Origin: Methanothrix sp.
Lineage (GTDB): Archaea > Halobacteriota > Methanosarcinia > Methanotrichales > Methanotrichaceae
Reading direction: 5' to 3'
Assembly: GCA_037128175.1 (NCBI GenBank)
Contig: JBAXWY010000007.1
Span: 25,351-89,350 of the forward strand
Length of the DNA stretch: 64,000 bases
Part shown: positions 1 through 8,970 of the stretch, in pieces
Layout of the letters: every line of letters starts with the position of its first letter
Numbering within the stretch: the first letter of the stretch is position 1
Program-made: the position numbers and the translations under genes
The notes under the pieces: generated by a model
What the model saw: the letters and a program-made list of their open reading frames with translations, nothing else
Databases searched by the model: none
Told to the model about the DNA's origin: nothing

Positions 1-1697
1 AGATTATTGGCGTCCGCGACCTGGGACATATCCTTTGGTATATCCATGGGAATATCCGTAGGGACGTTCTTCGAGATAGTTTGCATCGACATCTCTTGCC
101 TTCCGCCGTTCTTGCGAGAGACGGCAAGAGAGGGCGAATCCGATCCGCCAAAGGATCCGGCAAGGTCCATGGAAACGGCATCATCGGGCCGCAACATTAG
201 ATCAAGACTCTTAAATGTGGACGAGGCACCGCTCGCCGGATCAAGGGTAGTCATGAGAAGCTGCAACGTTCCCGGCTTGAGATTACCAAGCGTGCTCATG
301 CTGAAGGCCCCCAGAGCCGGATTCATGGAGATGTTGATTCTGCCGGATGGGTCGATTTTCAGGCCACTAAGAGTGATTCTCTGATAATCGGTATCTATTG
401 AAATTGTGGGAGACAATTGACGGTTGGCGCCGATGCTGACATTATAGGCTTCTCCCTCCGAGAAAAGGTCCATGCTCTGATTCAGACCCCGCCCCAGGTC
501 AGGAACGGAGCAGGCCAGGGCAAAGCCGGGGGCAATGATGGCCGTATCGGCCTGATTCCTTTGGCTGCCGTTTGCTGTGCTGCTGATATTTATGGCCAGA
601 TGAGAGTCATTTATCAGGGCTAGAGGGAGCAGAATGACGGGCGGATGAGAACCGCCGATGCCGGCCAGGCCAAACTTCAGATTGCGAATCTCGGCCCCCG
701 GGATCTCATTTACCAACTGGCCCGACTCCAGGAGACCGACTCTCTGGCCGCTTTCATCTGTGACCAGGGCGCGAGCCTTGCCGCTCTGCCAAATCTGGAT
801 GCTTTTTGTACTCCCGGCAGCACTTTCCTTGGCAGCGCCACTCTCCTCTCCACAAAAATCGCACTGCTGCTGCCCGAGGCGCGAAGAGAGAGAGACAATC
901 TCCAGATTCCTGGTGCTGGCATTACCGGAATAAAGGCTGTTTGGCTCATCCGGATTGGATGATGCCAGGTAGCGCCAGGAATTGGTGAGCGTGTCCACCT
1001 CGATGAACCTGCTATCCTTGGGCCAGTTATTATCATATACCAGAATACGGGCCGTGCCGTTGCCGAGATCCTCAACAGCATAAGGCGTAATAGCGTGGCC
1101 GCCGCTGCCGTCAGGCAAATAGATGCCCATGACCCACATTTCTCCGGCACCTGACCCATTGCCAAAGGCGCTGGCTAAAGTTTCCAGCACGACCTGAGGG
1201 GACTCCAGAACCTTCTTCGACCCGCCGGGACTTGTGACCTGGGTGGTCCACCAGTAGCCAATCTCGCGCTGCAGCAAGACATCTTGCAGAGATAGATCAA
1301 TGACGCTGTTACCTCCAAAAAGGCCGGGGCTGGTCTTGTTGTAATACAAAAGGCTGGATAGGACAGCGATGCCTTCGCAGTGTCCGGATTTCATAGCAGA
1401 AACGGCCTGATTCATCCAGCGCTCGGCAGGATAGGTGAGAGTGCACTTGCCACCGGCCGTACTGGCGCATACTTTGTCTCCGAACATGCGCTGTAGCTCC
1501 GCCGGGGTCAGATCGACGGTCACGGGGTCCTCGGCGTAGTTTTGAAAGCTGAATCCATCGATATTGGGTCGAAAACCGCTATCGTTTATTTCCGCGCCCT
1601 CCAGAAAGACGCTGCTGTTATTCTCGGCCCCCATTGCACAAAACATAGTAGCATATAGAGATAATAATGCCATCACTGCAAGATATTGCTTCCTCAT
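1..1697 (-). CDS. Secreted protein with putative Cys-His-Asp (papain/transglutaminase-like) motifs; partial, runs off the window start
   Basis: Hand translation from ATG at 1697 is open to position 1: MRKQYLAVMALLSLYATMFCAMG (signal-like)...FRPNIDGFSFQNY...GHCEGIAV...GHAITPYAVE...VYDNNWP. Absent from the ORF track because no stop lies in the window. Confidence 0.8.
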   Translation of the reverse strand, partial: MRKQYLAVMALLSLYATMFCAMGAENNSSVFLEGAEINDSGFRPNIDGFSFQNYAEDPVTVDLTPAELQRMFGDKVCASTAGGKCTLTYPAERWMNQAVSAMKSGHCEGIAVLSSLLYYNKTSPGLFGGNSVIDLSLQDVLLQREIGYWWTTQVTSPGGSKKVLESPQVVLETLASAFGNGSGAGEMWVMGIYLPDGSGGHAITPYAVEDLGNGTARILVYDNNWPKDSRFIEVDTLTNSWRYLASSNPDEPNSLYSGNASTRNLEIVSLSSRLGQQQCDFCGEESGAAKESAAGSTKSIQIWQSGKARALVTDESGQRVGLLESGQLVNEIPGAEIRNLKFGLAGIGGSHPPVILLPLALINDSHLAINISSTANGSQRNQADTAIIAPGFALACSVPDLGRGLNQSMDLFSEGEAYNVSIGANRQLSPTISIDTDYQRITLSGLKIDPSGRINISMNPALGAFSMSTLGNLKPGTLQLLMTTLDPASGASSTFKSLDLMLRPDDAVSMDLAGSFGGSDSPSLAVSRKNGGRQEMSMQTISKNVPTDIPMDIPKDMSQVADANN

Positions 1698-1839
1698 AGT
1701 TCCCCTGTTCCTCTGCCACATCTGATTAGAAATCGCTAACTAGCTTTTCCTTGGGACTTATACATCTTTTGCCGCAATATGAACGCAAAATTTATATTTT
1801 AGGCGAGATGACGTGAGGCAAAAAAGAGTGGGTGTAGAA

Positions 1840-2166
1840 ATGAAGAACTTCTTAGTAATGGCATCAATGATTATGTTCGTATTCGCAGCTCAAGGCTTTG
1901 GTTTCGCCTTAGGGGCAGAGCAGGCAGCAGCAAATGATTCGATCAACGCTTCCCAGATGAACGAAACCCTCAAGAATACAACTCTGATCAATGAGACACT
2001 TGAGAATGTAACGATCATCAACGGAACACTTGAGAATGTAACGATCATCAATGGGACACTTGAGAATGTAACAATCATCAACGAGACACTTGAGAACGCA
2101 TCTTTATCCCAGAACGAGTCTGACCCGTTCACAAATGCAAAGAACCGCAAGCCAAGCAGCAGATAA
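1840..2166 (+). CDS. Small secreted protein with tandem N-glycosylation-sequon repeats
   Basis: ATG at 1840, hydrophobic signal peptide, then repeats of INETLENVTI type. Confidence 0.75.
   Translation: MKNFLVMASMIMFVFAAQGFGFALGAEQAAANDSINASQMNETLKNTTLINETLENVTIINGTLENVTIINGTLENVTIINETLENASLSQNESDPFTNAKNRKPSSR
1957..2106 (+). repeat. Five tandem imperfect 30-bp (10-codon) repeats
   Basis: Units start at 1957, 1987, 2017, 2047, 2077; consensus atcaaygrracacttgagaatgtaacgatc. Confidence 0.9.
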
Positions 2167-2241
2167 ATCTTGGCATTTTTTATTTCTTTTTCTTAATCGC
2201 ATCCTTCATCTTTGTGAACTATCCAACGCTCATCCGATGAT

Positions 2242-3735
2242 CTACGATCCAATGATCAGCCTGCCTAACGTCACCAGAAATAGAGCCATAAGCAGCCATC
2301 CTACAATGCCCTCCGCAATTCCCAGGTATTTATAATGCCCTCGCAGAGGAAGCCCTTTTGAATTAGCAGTAAAAGCAATTGTGCTGTAGAAGAGAGAGGC
2401 TATCATGAGCTGGTGGCCGTGAATGTCATGAAAGCCTTCCACGCCCCTGCCGGTCCAATAGATAAAGGAGAAAATAAGAATTATCACCATTCCGCAGAAA
2501 AGCGCATAGTGAGGACGCACCCCATAACCGCAGGTGAGCCAGGCCACCGTATCCAGAAACTTGGAAAAGCCGACCGGCTTACGAGCCTGATTTAGATATC
2601 GATACTCATAATAGCATTCATTGGCATCGTTGCTCTGGCCGAGGTCCTTGTAATTCTTGATCAACGATAGGTAAGCCGCAGTGTCGAAACTGAGGATGTC
2701 CCGTATCTGACTCCAGCTTACTATCAGCCGGTTGATATCTGCTTTGGCCAGATACAAACGAGATGCTTTGCCAAAGGTTGAGCCATCTAATACCATCCTG
2801 ACAATCTTTGTGCTATTTAATTTCAGATCGGCGTTAAAAACCGCAAATGAGAGATCAGTGGGCGCCTGGAATTGTGAATTATCAAAATTTGCATCTTTGC
2901 AAAAGACAGTGTCATTGAAGAATACAGGTCCATCGAAGTTGGTACTCAAGAAGTTGGCCGTGTCGTTGAAGTGAGCTTGAGAAAAGATGGAATCCGCAAT
3001 AAAGCGGGATCGAGCAAAATCGGCCTGTCCAAAAATCCACGTTTGGAAAAAGCCTACGCCATTTGAGTATTTTGTTGCATGAAAATCTGCATTCTTCTCC
3101 AGTCGCGCATTAGCGAAGGTGCAATAAGTATTAAACTGACTGCCGTAAAAATAGACATCTCCAATGCAGCGTGCGGATTCGAAGTTAGCATAAGCACCAT
3201 TGAACTCCGAGAAGGAAAACTGAGCGTCTCCCATAAATGTAGCATTATAAAAAGTAGCGAATTTGTCAAACCAGACACTTTCAAAATTAGCTACACGATT
3301 GAAATAGGTAAAATCAAAAGTTCCGCTATCAGGAAAGCGAGACATATTGAAGGTTGCTTCTCCCAGGAAACGAGTCGCATTAAAATTTGCCGCCGTTAGG
3401 AATTTTGTTTCATTGAAAATCGCATTTTTTTGGAATGTAGTGTTCTCGAAATTCACATCTCCATAAAACGTTACCCCTTTGCAGCTTACATTATCCTTGA
3501 ATACTGAATTAGTTATCCTCAGGGGATTATATTGATTATTATTTAAAAATAAATCGCCCTTGATGATTACTCGGTCAAAAACGGTAAGGCTATTATTTGC
3601 ATTTGCCATGACCTCTTGGGCTGATATCTCCCTCAGCGAAAAGGATTCCAGAAAAGGCAACGCATTATCCGAAGCTGCCCCGTTCGCCAATGCCGTTAGA
3701 ATTATCACCAGCACCAGGAATATCCTCAAGATCAT
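2242..3735 (-). CDS. Pentapeptide-repeat protein with signal peptide and C-terminal two-TM ion-channel-like domain
   Basis: A-x-F-x-x-x-x-F repeats, TCGYGVRP before TM1, pore-helix-like FYSTIAFT, final TM; start set at MILRIFLVLV (3735). Confidence 0.8.
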   Translation of the reverse strand: MILRIFLVLVIILTALANGAASDNALPFLESFSLREISAQEVMANANNSLTVFDRVIIKGDLFLNNNQYNPLRITNSVFKDNVSCKGVTFYGDVNFENTTFQKNAIFNETKFLTAANFNATRFLGEATFNMSRFPDSGTFDFTYFNRVANFESVWFDKFATFYNATFMGDAQFSFSEFNGAYANFESARCIGDVYFYGSQFNTYCTFANARLEKNADFHATKYSNGVGFFQTWIFGQADFARSRFIADSIFSQAHFNDTANFLSTNFDGPVFFNDTVFCKDANFDNSQFQAPTDLSFAVFNADLKLNSTKIVRMVLDGSTFGKASRLYLAKADINRLIVSWSQIRDILSFDTAAYLSLIKNYKDLGQSNDANECYYEYRYLNQARKPVGFSKFLDTVAWLTCGYGVRPHYALFCGMVIILIFSFIYWTGRGVEGFHDIHGHQLMIASLFYSTIAFTANSKGLPLRGHYKYLGIAEGIVGWLLMALFLVTLGRLIIGS

Positions 3736-3760
3736 TACTTCACTCAAGCCTATTATAAAG

Positions 3761-5005
3761 TTAGAGACCCAGTCTAGCTTGCTGGGGCACATTGACACTA
3801 CCCAGAACCTTCAGCCGATAATCCTGTTGCAATGTAGCCTTGAGCTTACCAGAGTAAACACTAAGAGTGATCTCTTTGGTCCGACCGTATCTACCCTTGC
3901 TGATTACAATCGTATGTAATATACCCAGCATATCCAGCTCTGCAATGAGATCCGTTATCCTGCGATGGGTCAAAAAATCGGTCTCAACCAGAGGGCAGAG
4001 TTGTTTGTACATGTTGTAAACGGCACTGGTGGTGATATTTCTTGTTCCCTGCTCCTCTAGTAGAACAATGCTGTAGAGCACCAACTTGGACTGAGTGGGC
4101 AGAGTCTTGATTACCTCTTCTACTCGGTCCTGCTCAATCTTTTCGCGAGCTGAACGCACATGATCCTCGGCTACAATAGCAGAACGGGCTCTTTCAGCTA
4201 ATTCGCCTGATATGCGGAGGAGATCCAAAGCTTTACGAGCGTCACCATGCTCTTGGGCCGCAAAAGCAGCACATAATGGTATGACCCCTTCTTGAAGAAC
4301 ACCTGGACTAAAGGAGAGTTTTGCTCTCTGCTCTAGGATGTCTCTAATCTGCTCGGCATTGTAAGGCGGAAAGATGATCTCATCCTCTCCAAGGGAGCTT
4401 TTTACTCTTGGATCGAGAAACTCTGTGAACTTGAGGTCGTTGGATATGCCGATGATACTAACCTTGGAACGGAGAAGATCGGAGTTAATACGAGAGAGGT
4501 TGTAAAGAACGTCGTCTCCCTTTCTCACCAGCTTGTCTACTTCATCCAGCATTATCACGACAACCTGTCTCTCTTCATCTACCGCATTTCGAAACTCGGC
4601 GTAGACCTGATCTGTGGGCCAGCCAGTCATTGGAATCTCTTTATCAAAGTGTCTTGCTAAATGAGCTAGAATTCGGTATTGAGTATCTACCACCTCGCAG
4701 TTGATGTAGATCACTGTACACTTCATATCTCCAAAACTAGCTTCTTCCAGCTCTTTTCCCACGTACTTGGCAACTGCAGTTTTGCCGGTACCGGTTTTTC
4801 CATAGATGAGAACATTGGAGGGGGTTTCTCCTCTTAATGCAGGAACCAGAACAGATGCCAGGCCATTGATCTGCTCGTTTCTGTGAGGCAGTTCACTTGG
4901 CGTATAGGTAGGGCGCAGGACATCTCTAGACTGGAATATACCTCCTTGTGCCAATAAATCAGCAAATAACCCTTTTGAAATAGATATCAAGTTAATTCCC
5001 CTCAA
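3761..5005 (-). CDS. cdc6: Cdc6/Orc1 replication initiator
   Basis: Walker A GKTGTGKT, Walker B LDEVD, GDARKALDLL, C-terminal winged helix with GRYGRT. The start may be the TTG at 4990. Confidence 0.96.
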   Translation of the reverse strand: MRGINLISISKGLFADLLAQGGIFQSRDVLRPTYTPSELPHRNEQINGLASVLVPALRGETPSNVLIYGKTGTGKTAVAKYVGKELEEASFGDMKCTVIYINCEVVDTQYRILAHLARHFDKEIPMTGWPTDQVYAEFRNAVDEERQVVVIMLDEVDKLVRKGDDVLYNLSRINSDLLRSKVSIIGISNDLKFTEFLDPRVKSSLGEDEIIFPPYNAEQIRDILEQRAKLSFSPGVLQEGVIPLCAAFAAQEHGDARKALDLLRISGELAERARSAIVAEDHVRSAREKIEQDRVEEVIKTLPTQSKLVLYSIVLLEEQGTRNITTSAVYNMYKQLCPLVETDFLTHRRITDLIAELDMLGILHTIVISKGRYGRTKEITLSVYSGKLKATLQQDYRLKVLGSVNVPQQARLGL

Positions 5006-5050
5006 ACAATTTTTCTAGGTCTTGGGGGATATTAAGAGTTATGGTAAACA

Positions 5051-5520
5051 CCCCTTTATTTCCAGTGGAACTAAGACCCCTCACCCCATGATTTCCAGTG
5101 GAATAGAAATAAAAACAGCTTATTTTCTCATGATTGATAATGAAATAAAAAAGCCTGTTGTATGGTTTATTTTATTTGTATATAAACTTTATTGTAGTAG
5201 ATTAACATTATTATTACAGGTAATACGGCCAAATTTTTTTTGTAAAACCAGTTCTAAATTCTAAAGCTCTTTAATTTAGGTTCTAATTGCTGTAGAAAAT
5301 TGAGCGTCGTAGATCGCGAGATAGGTTCATACTCGTGCTTACATGTAAAAAATTAAAAGTTAGTTCGCGTAAACCGGTTTACAAAAATCAGCACGCTTAA
5401 ACTAATTATCGAGAGACCATCTAACTGGAATCGATTGGCTGAAATCGATTCACATAGATCAGTTAGCAGTCAGCTTGTAAGTTAGCGGACAGGAGGAACT
5501 TAGTCTCCAGTGGAAATCAT
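5051..5520. promoter_or_regulatory. Replication origin (oriC) core: ORBs flanking an AT-rich unwinding element
   Basis: Minus-strand ORBs gttccactggaaataaagggg (5051-5071) and ttccactggaaatcatgggg (5084-5103), plus-strand ctccagtggaaatcat (5505-5520), AT-rich tract about 5105-5360, directly upstream of cdc6. Confidence 0.85.
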
Positions 5521-5612
5521 ACGGTCTCTCTCGATCCTTGCTTTTTCTTGTCGTGGTTGCTTTTTTTTAGGGCCAAAAGGTTACGTATGGCCAGCATATG
5601 GAAGCGGAAGCT

Positions 5613-5873
5613 TCAAGCTACGGGTATGGTTTCAAGCTGGCTGGCAACATTCCAGATCAAAGTTCTGGTGTGAAGAGGAATATTGGGATCATTGCTTATC
5701 TCGTCAAGTATGGAGATGGCAGATGCAGCCTTGATTGCTTCGCTTGTGCTCTCTTTCATGAGTATAGATTTGACGTTCTCTGCGGAGCGCCTGATGTTTC
5801 TTGGTACGGCATCATCGCTCATAATACGTTCTATTACCTCAACGCATTGCTTAAGGACATTTTCAGCTGTCGT
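5613..5873 (-). CDS. UPF0147 family protein (start uncertain)
   Basis: D-x-x-VPRNIRR and [19 protein letters not shown] motifs typical of archaeal UPF0147. Confidence 0.85.
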   Translation of the reverse strand, partial: TTAENVLKQCVEVIERIMSDDAVPRNIRRSAENVKSILMKESTSEAIKAASAISILDEISNDPNIPLHTRTLIWNVASQLETIPVA

Positions 5874-5989
5874 AGAATCACCACCCGTGTTTCTGGGAAA
5901 AAGGTTAATGACGATATTCGTCTTAATCAGTTGAGAAGTGATGATATGGTCGTTGTATTTAAACGTATGTGGCACGTAGGTGATGAGTC

Positions 5990-6400
5990 ATGGATGAGGA
6001 TGAAGTTCTTAGCAAGATAACCAGGCTTCTGGAGCAGGGTTGCACTATGTTGGCTACGCATCATGACTGTGGCGCACCTCTTTTTCGTCGCAATGGTGAG
6101 GTCGTCTGCCCGGTCTGCTCTTTTGCCGATGAACCTAATTTGCCGGCAAGAGCGCAGCTTTCTGGCTTATCCGGAGCAGAACTTGACGAAAAATCAAATT
6201 TTGATAGTGCACATTTGCAGGATAGTGGGCCGGGTGATGACGACTTAATGGTCGTAATAGGTAATTTGCGTGCTTCTCTCTTGCACAGGTTACGAGAACT
6301 CACTGCAGCTCTGGAAGAAGAACGTGATCTGGATATGCTGAAAAAGCAACTGGACTGCCTAGAAGGGTTGCTGCGAGTGTTCCGGTCCTTGCAGGAGTGA
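5990..6400 (+). CDS. UPF0148 / Sjogren autoantigen p27-like zinc-ribbon protein
   Basis: LLEQGCTMLATHHDCGAPLF...VVCPVC motif, coiled-coil C-terminus. Confidence 0.8.
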   Translation: MDEDEVLSKITRLLEQGCTMLATHHDCGAPLFRRNGEVVCPVCSFADEPNLPARAQLSGLSGAELDEKSNFDSAHLQDSGPGDDDLMVVIGNLRASLLHRLRELTAALEEERDLDMLKKQLDCLEGLLRVFRSLQE

Positions 6401-6449
6401 TCTCTCATCTCTATGTTTTATACGGGCCCAAATGCCGGGATTTCCCGGT

Positions 6450-6469
6450 CTCCACTGGAAATAAAGGGG
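6450..6469 (+). promoter_or_regulatory. Distal ORB element with G-string
   Basis: ctccactggaaataaagggg; 19 bp identical to the reverse complement of the ORB at 5051. Confidence 0.8.
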
Positions 6470-6477
6470 TTGATCAA

Positions 6478-7245
6478 TTGGTAATAAATTTTTTTAGTAA
6501 GTGTGGTATACCTTTAATTTTATTTCCTCTTATCCTGGCATTGTTCTCTATGACGGGTTGTCTGGAGAAGGTTCCCGAGCTCTCTGTGACGCCTTCTGTG
6601 CCACAGGATCAACCGGCAATGCAGATGGATTTTGATGCTGAATTGAGTAGCAACCTTTTGGATGTGCGAGGCAATATTATGCTCCCTGGCAATAGCTCGC
6701 TTGCTTATCTCATGCTCAATGCCACTCTTTGTCAGGGAGAAAGAGCGCAATTTAACACAAAATACCTGCTGATGCAGATCGATCCTAACCGGGATTACAG
6801 CTTTGAGATCACCAAGAATGTAAAAATTCCGGCTGGGGAATATGATTGTATTTTAGAGGCAAATGGTCCACAAGGCGTTTTGGCGAAAGAAAGCAGGAAA
6901 ATCAGCCTTGCGTCCGGACAAAAGCCGGTATTCGAGCAGGTACCATGGCCGGTGGAGCTGGATGAAAAAGTCTCCGAAGAAAAGAATGAGGAAGTTTTGC
7001 CCAAAGAGGAGAGCATTGTGCAAAAAGAGATCCCCAATGATGCGGCAGGAAAGAAGGATCCCGTCGCGATGGCAGGCAAGGAGAGTGAGAATGGCAAGTT
7101 TATGGGCAGCATAACCTCGAAAAAGTACCATCGTTTGGACTGTCGCTATGCTCTCAAAATAAAGCCGGAGAACCGCATCTACTTCCAGAGTATTGAGGAC
7201 GCAAAGGTGCAGGGCTATCTTCCCTGTAAGACTTGCTCTCCGTGA
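6478..7245 (+). CDS. Lipoprotein with C-terminal Ada metal-binding-like domain
   Basis: Hydrophobic stretch ending MTGC (lipobox); C-terminal SKKYHRLDC...GYLPCKTC; start set at TTG 6478. Confidence 0.7.
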   Translation: MVINFFSKCGIPLILFPLILALFSMTGCLEKVPELSVTPSVPQDQPAMQMDFDAELSSNLLDVRGNIMLPGNSSLAYLMLNATLCQGERAQFNTKYLLMQIDPNRDYSFEITKNVKIPAGEYDCILEANGPQGVLAKESRKISLASGQKPVFEQVPWPVELDEKVSEEKNEEVLPKEESIVQKEIPNDAAGKKDPVAMAGKESENGKFMGSITSKKYHRLDCRYALKIKPENRIYFQSIEDAKVQGYLPCKTCSP

Positions 7246-7279
7246 ACCTTTCTCCCGGCCTCGCGATCTGCCTGATCTG

Positions 7280-7852
7280 TTAGAATTCGCCTATGAAAAC
7301 GCAGGACAGGCCGGGAGCCTGGGGCGGGCAGGCAGTATTGGCCCGATAGATCTTCTCCTCCGGATAGCCGAGGTCGGTGAGAGCGGCCACATCTCTATGC
7401 AGGCCCTTCAATTCCAGATATTGGCAGAGCCCGGGCAGGTTTGTGCCGTCATCCGTAAGCAAAAAGACGCATTTTCCCCGGCTTAGTTCAAAGGCTATGG
7501 CGTCAGAATCCAAGCTGCGGCCGTGAACCGTGATGGGAACCACTTTGGTCAGACTGATTTTTAAGCGGGCACAGGCCACTTGCAGGCTGGAGATGCCGGG
7601 GATTACCGTACCTTTGAGATATCCCAGGCCAGAGAGCATGGGATCGCCAGTGCTTAAAACCACTGTGTCTTCGGGAAGACTGTGTAGCTTCTTATAGTCC
7701 TCAATGACTCTGACTGTGCATCCTGGATTTATGTGCTCTATGACCAGATCGATGGCTCTCTTTGATCCGTAGATGAGCCTAGCCTTTTCTACGGCCTGTG
7801 CGGCCTGTGCGGTCAGCATCTGTGGGCCGGCGCCTACTCCTACTATGATCAT
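7280..7852 (-). CDS. cbiE: Cobalt-precorrin-7 C5-methyltransferase
   Basis: VGVGAGP, STGDPMLSG, PGISSLQ; last gene of the cbi cluster. Confidence 0.85.
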   Translation of the reverse strand: MIIVGVGAGPQMLTAQAAQAVEKARLIYGSKRAIDLVIEHINPGCTVRVIEDYKKLHSLPEDTVVLSTGDPMLSGLGYLKGTVIPGISSLQVACARLKISLTKVVPITVHGRSLDSDAIAFELSRGKCVFLLTDDGTNLPGLCQYLELKGLHRDVAALTDLGYPEEKIYRANTACPPQAPGLSCVFIGEF

Positions 7853-7926
7853 AATATTGCCTGCTCCATAATTTACCTAATTTCTCTTGTTTTATAATTT
7901 ACTTATTAACCAATAAAAATTCTCCG

Positions 7927-8970
7927 TTATGGCACATCTCTGAGTATGCTTCCATCTTTGTGCAGCAGAACGATGCGCGTTTCAGGCAGTTTTTCTCTGG
8001 CCATTTGCAGAGCCTTGGCGATGTTAGGATGCTGCGGTTCTATCTCTACCATCTCGGCCACTGTGCCGTAATCGGTTTCATCCAGGATCTGGGGCCAGGC
8101 CCATTTGAGAATGAGGGCGGGCAGCCCGCAGAGGATGCTCTCCTGGTCTTTTTCAAATGCCAGCCGGCGTAGCTGGCTTCCCATAAGCACAGCTTTGTGT
8201 TCGGGAAAGATAATGCGGCTAAACTTTAGGCCCGTTCTGCCTGTGGTGACGAGCACCTTCTTGGCCCCTTTCAGTTCCTGGGCCCGATCGTCGATGAAGT
8301 GATCATTCCAGGGTTCCACAAATCCAGTCGAGCCCAGGATGGAAATACCTCCCACTATGCCCAGGCGGGGGTTGAGGGTCTTATTGGCCAGATCGACGCC
8401 TCTGGGAATTGACAGCTCCACCTCTGCCCCTTTCAGGCCCGTCTCCTGCAGCGCCTGCCTGATGGCCAACATGATCTGTTTTCGGGCCGACGGGCTGATG
8501 GCGGGTCTTCCCACCTCGTCGCATAGCCCCCTGGCTAAAATCCTGCCTACTCCTTTTCCTGCGACAAGAGTTGTCTCCTCTGACGATCTGGCCGAAGCCG
8601 CAATCTCCAGTCCGGCTGTGACATCGAATTGATGATCTCCGCCATCTTTAACGGCTATGCAAAAGCCCCTCTTGGCAACGATCGGCAAAGAGACGCTGAT
8701 GCCGGCCGGGGTCGCGACCTTTGTGGTTTGGACCGATCCTTTCAGGGAGAGGACGGCTCCCTTGCAGGCAGCTGCTGCGGTCGTTCCTGTGGTCAGGCCG
8801 CGTCTGCAAAGAAGGCCGCTGGAGAGAATGACCCACCTGCCGCTTTGGATCTTTTGCAGAGCCTCTGGATCGGAGCTGAGCCTGATCCAGGAAGGGGGAA
8901 TGGCAAAGCCTGTGACTGGATCCTTTACGGGATTGGCGAATGTGTCAGTGCATGGCTCGAGCATAGGCAT
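7927..8970 (-). CDS. cbiD: Cobalt-precorrin-5B C1-methyltransferase
   Basis: RRGLTTGTTAAAACK, KDGGD...DVT, TLNPRLGIVGGISILGSTGFVEPW. Confidence 0.93.
   Translation of the reverse strand: MPMLEPCTDTFANPVKDPVTGFAIPPSWIRLSSDPEALQKIQSGRWVILSSGLLCRRGLTTGTTAAAACKGAVLSLKGSVQTTKVATPAGISVSLPIVAKRGFCIAVKDGGDHQFDVTAGLEIAASARSSEETTLVAGKGVGRILARGLCDEVGRPAISPSARKQIMLAIRQALQETGLKGAEVELSIPRGVDLANKTLNPRLGIVGGISILGSTGFVEPWNDHFIDDRAQELKGAKKVLVTTGRTGLKFSRIIFPEHKAVLMGSQLRRLAFEKDQESILCGLPALILKWAWPQILDETDYGTVAEMVEIEPQHPNIAKALQMAREKLPETRIVLLHKDGSILRDVP

Noticed and set aside
7-1165. Short ORFs at 7, 417, 645, 658, 710 and 806
   Set aside because: They are shadows of the long minus-strand frame 1697 to <1.
5022-6020. 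Plus-strand ORFs 5022-5264, 5510-5734 and 5598-6020
   Set aside because: They overlap ORBs and the AT tract or lie antisense to UPF0147; no protein-like motifs.
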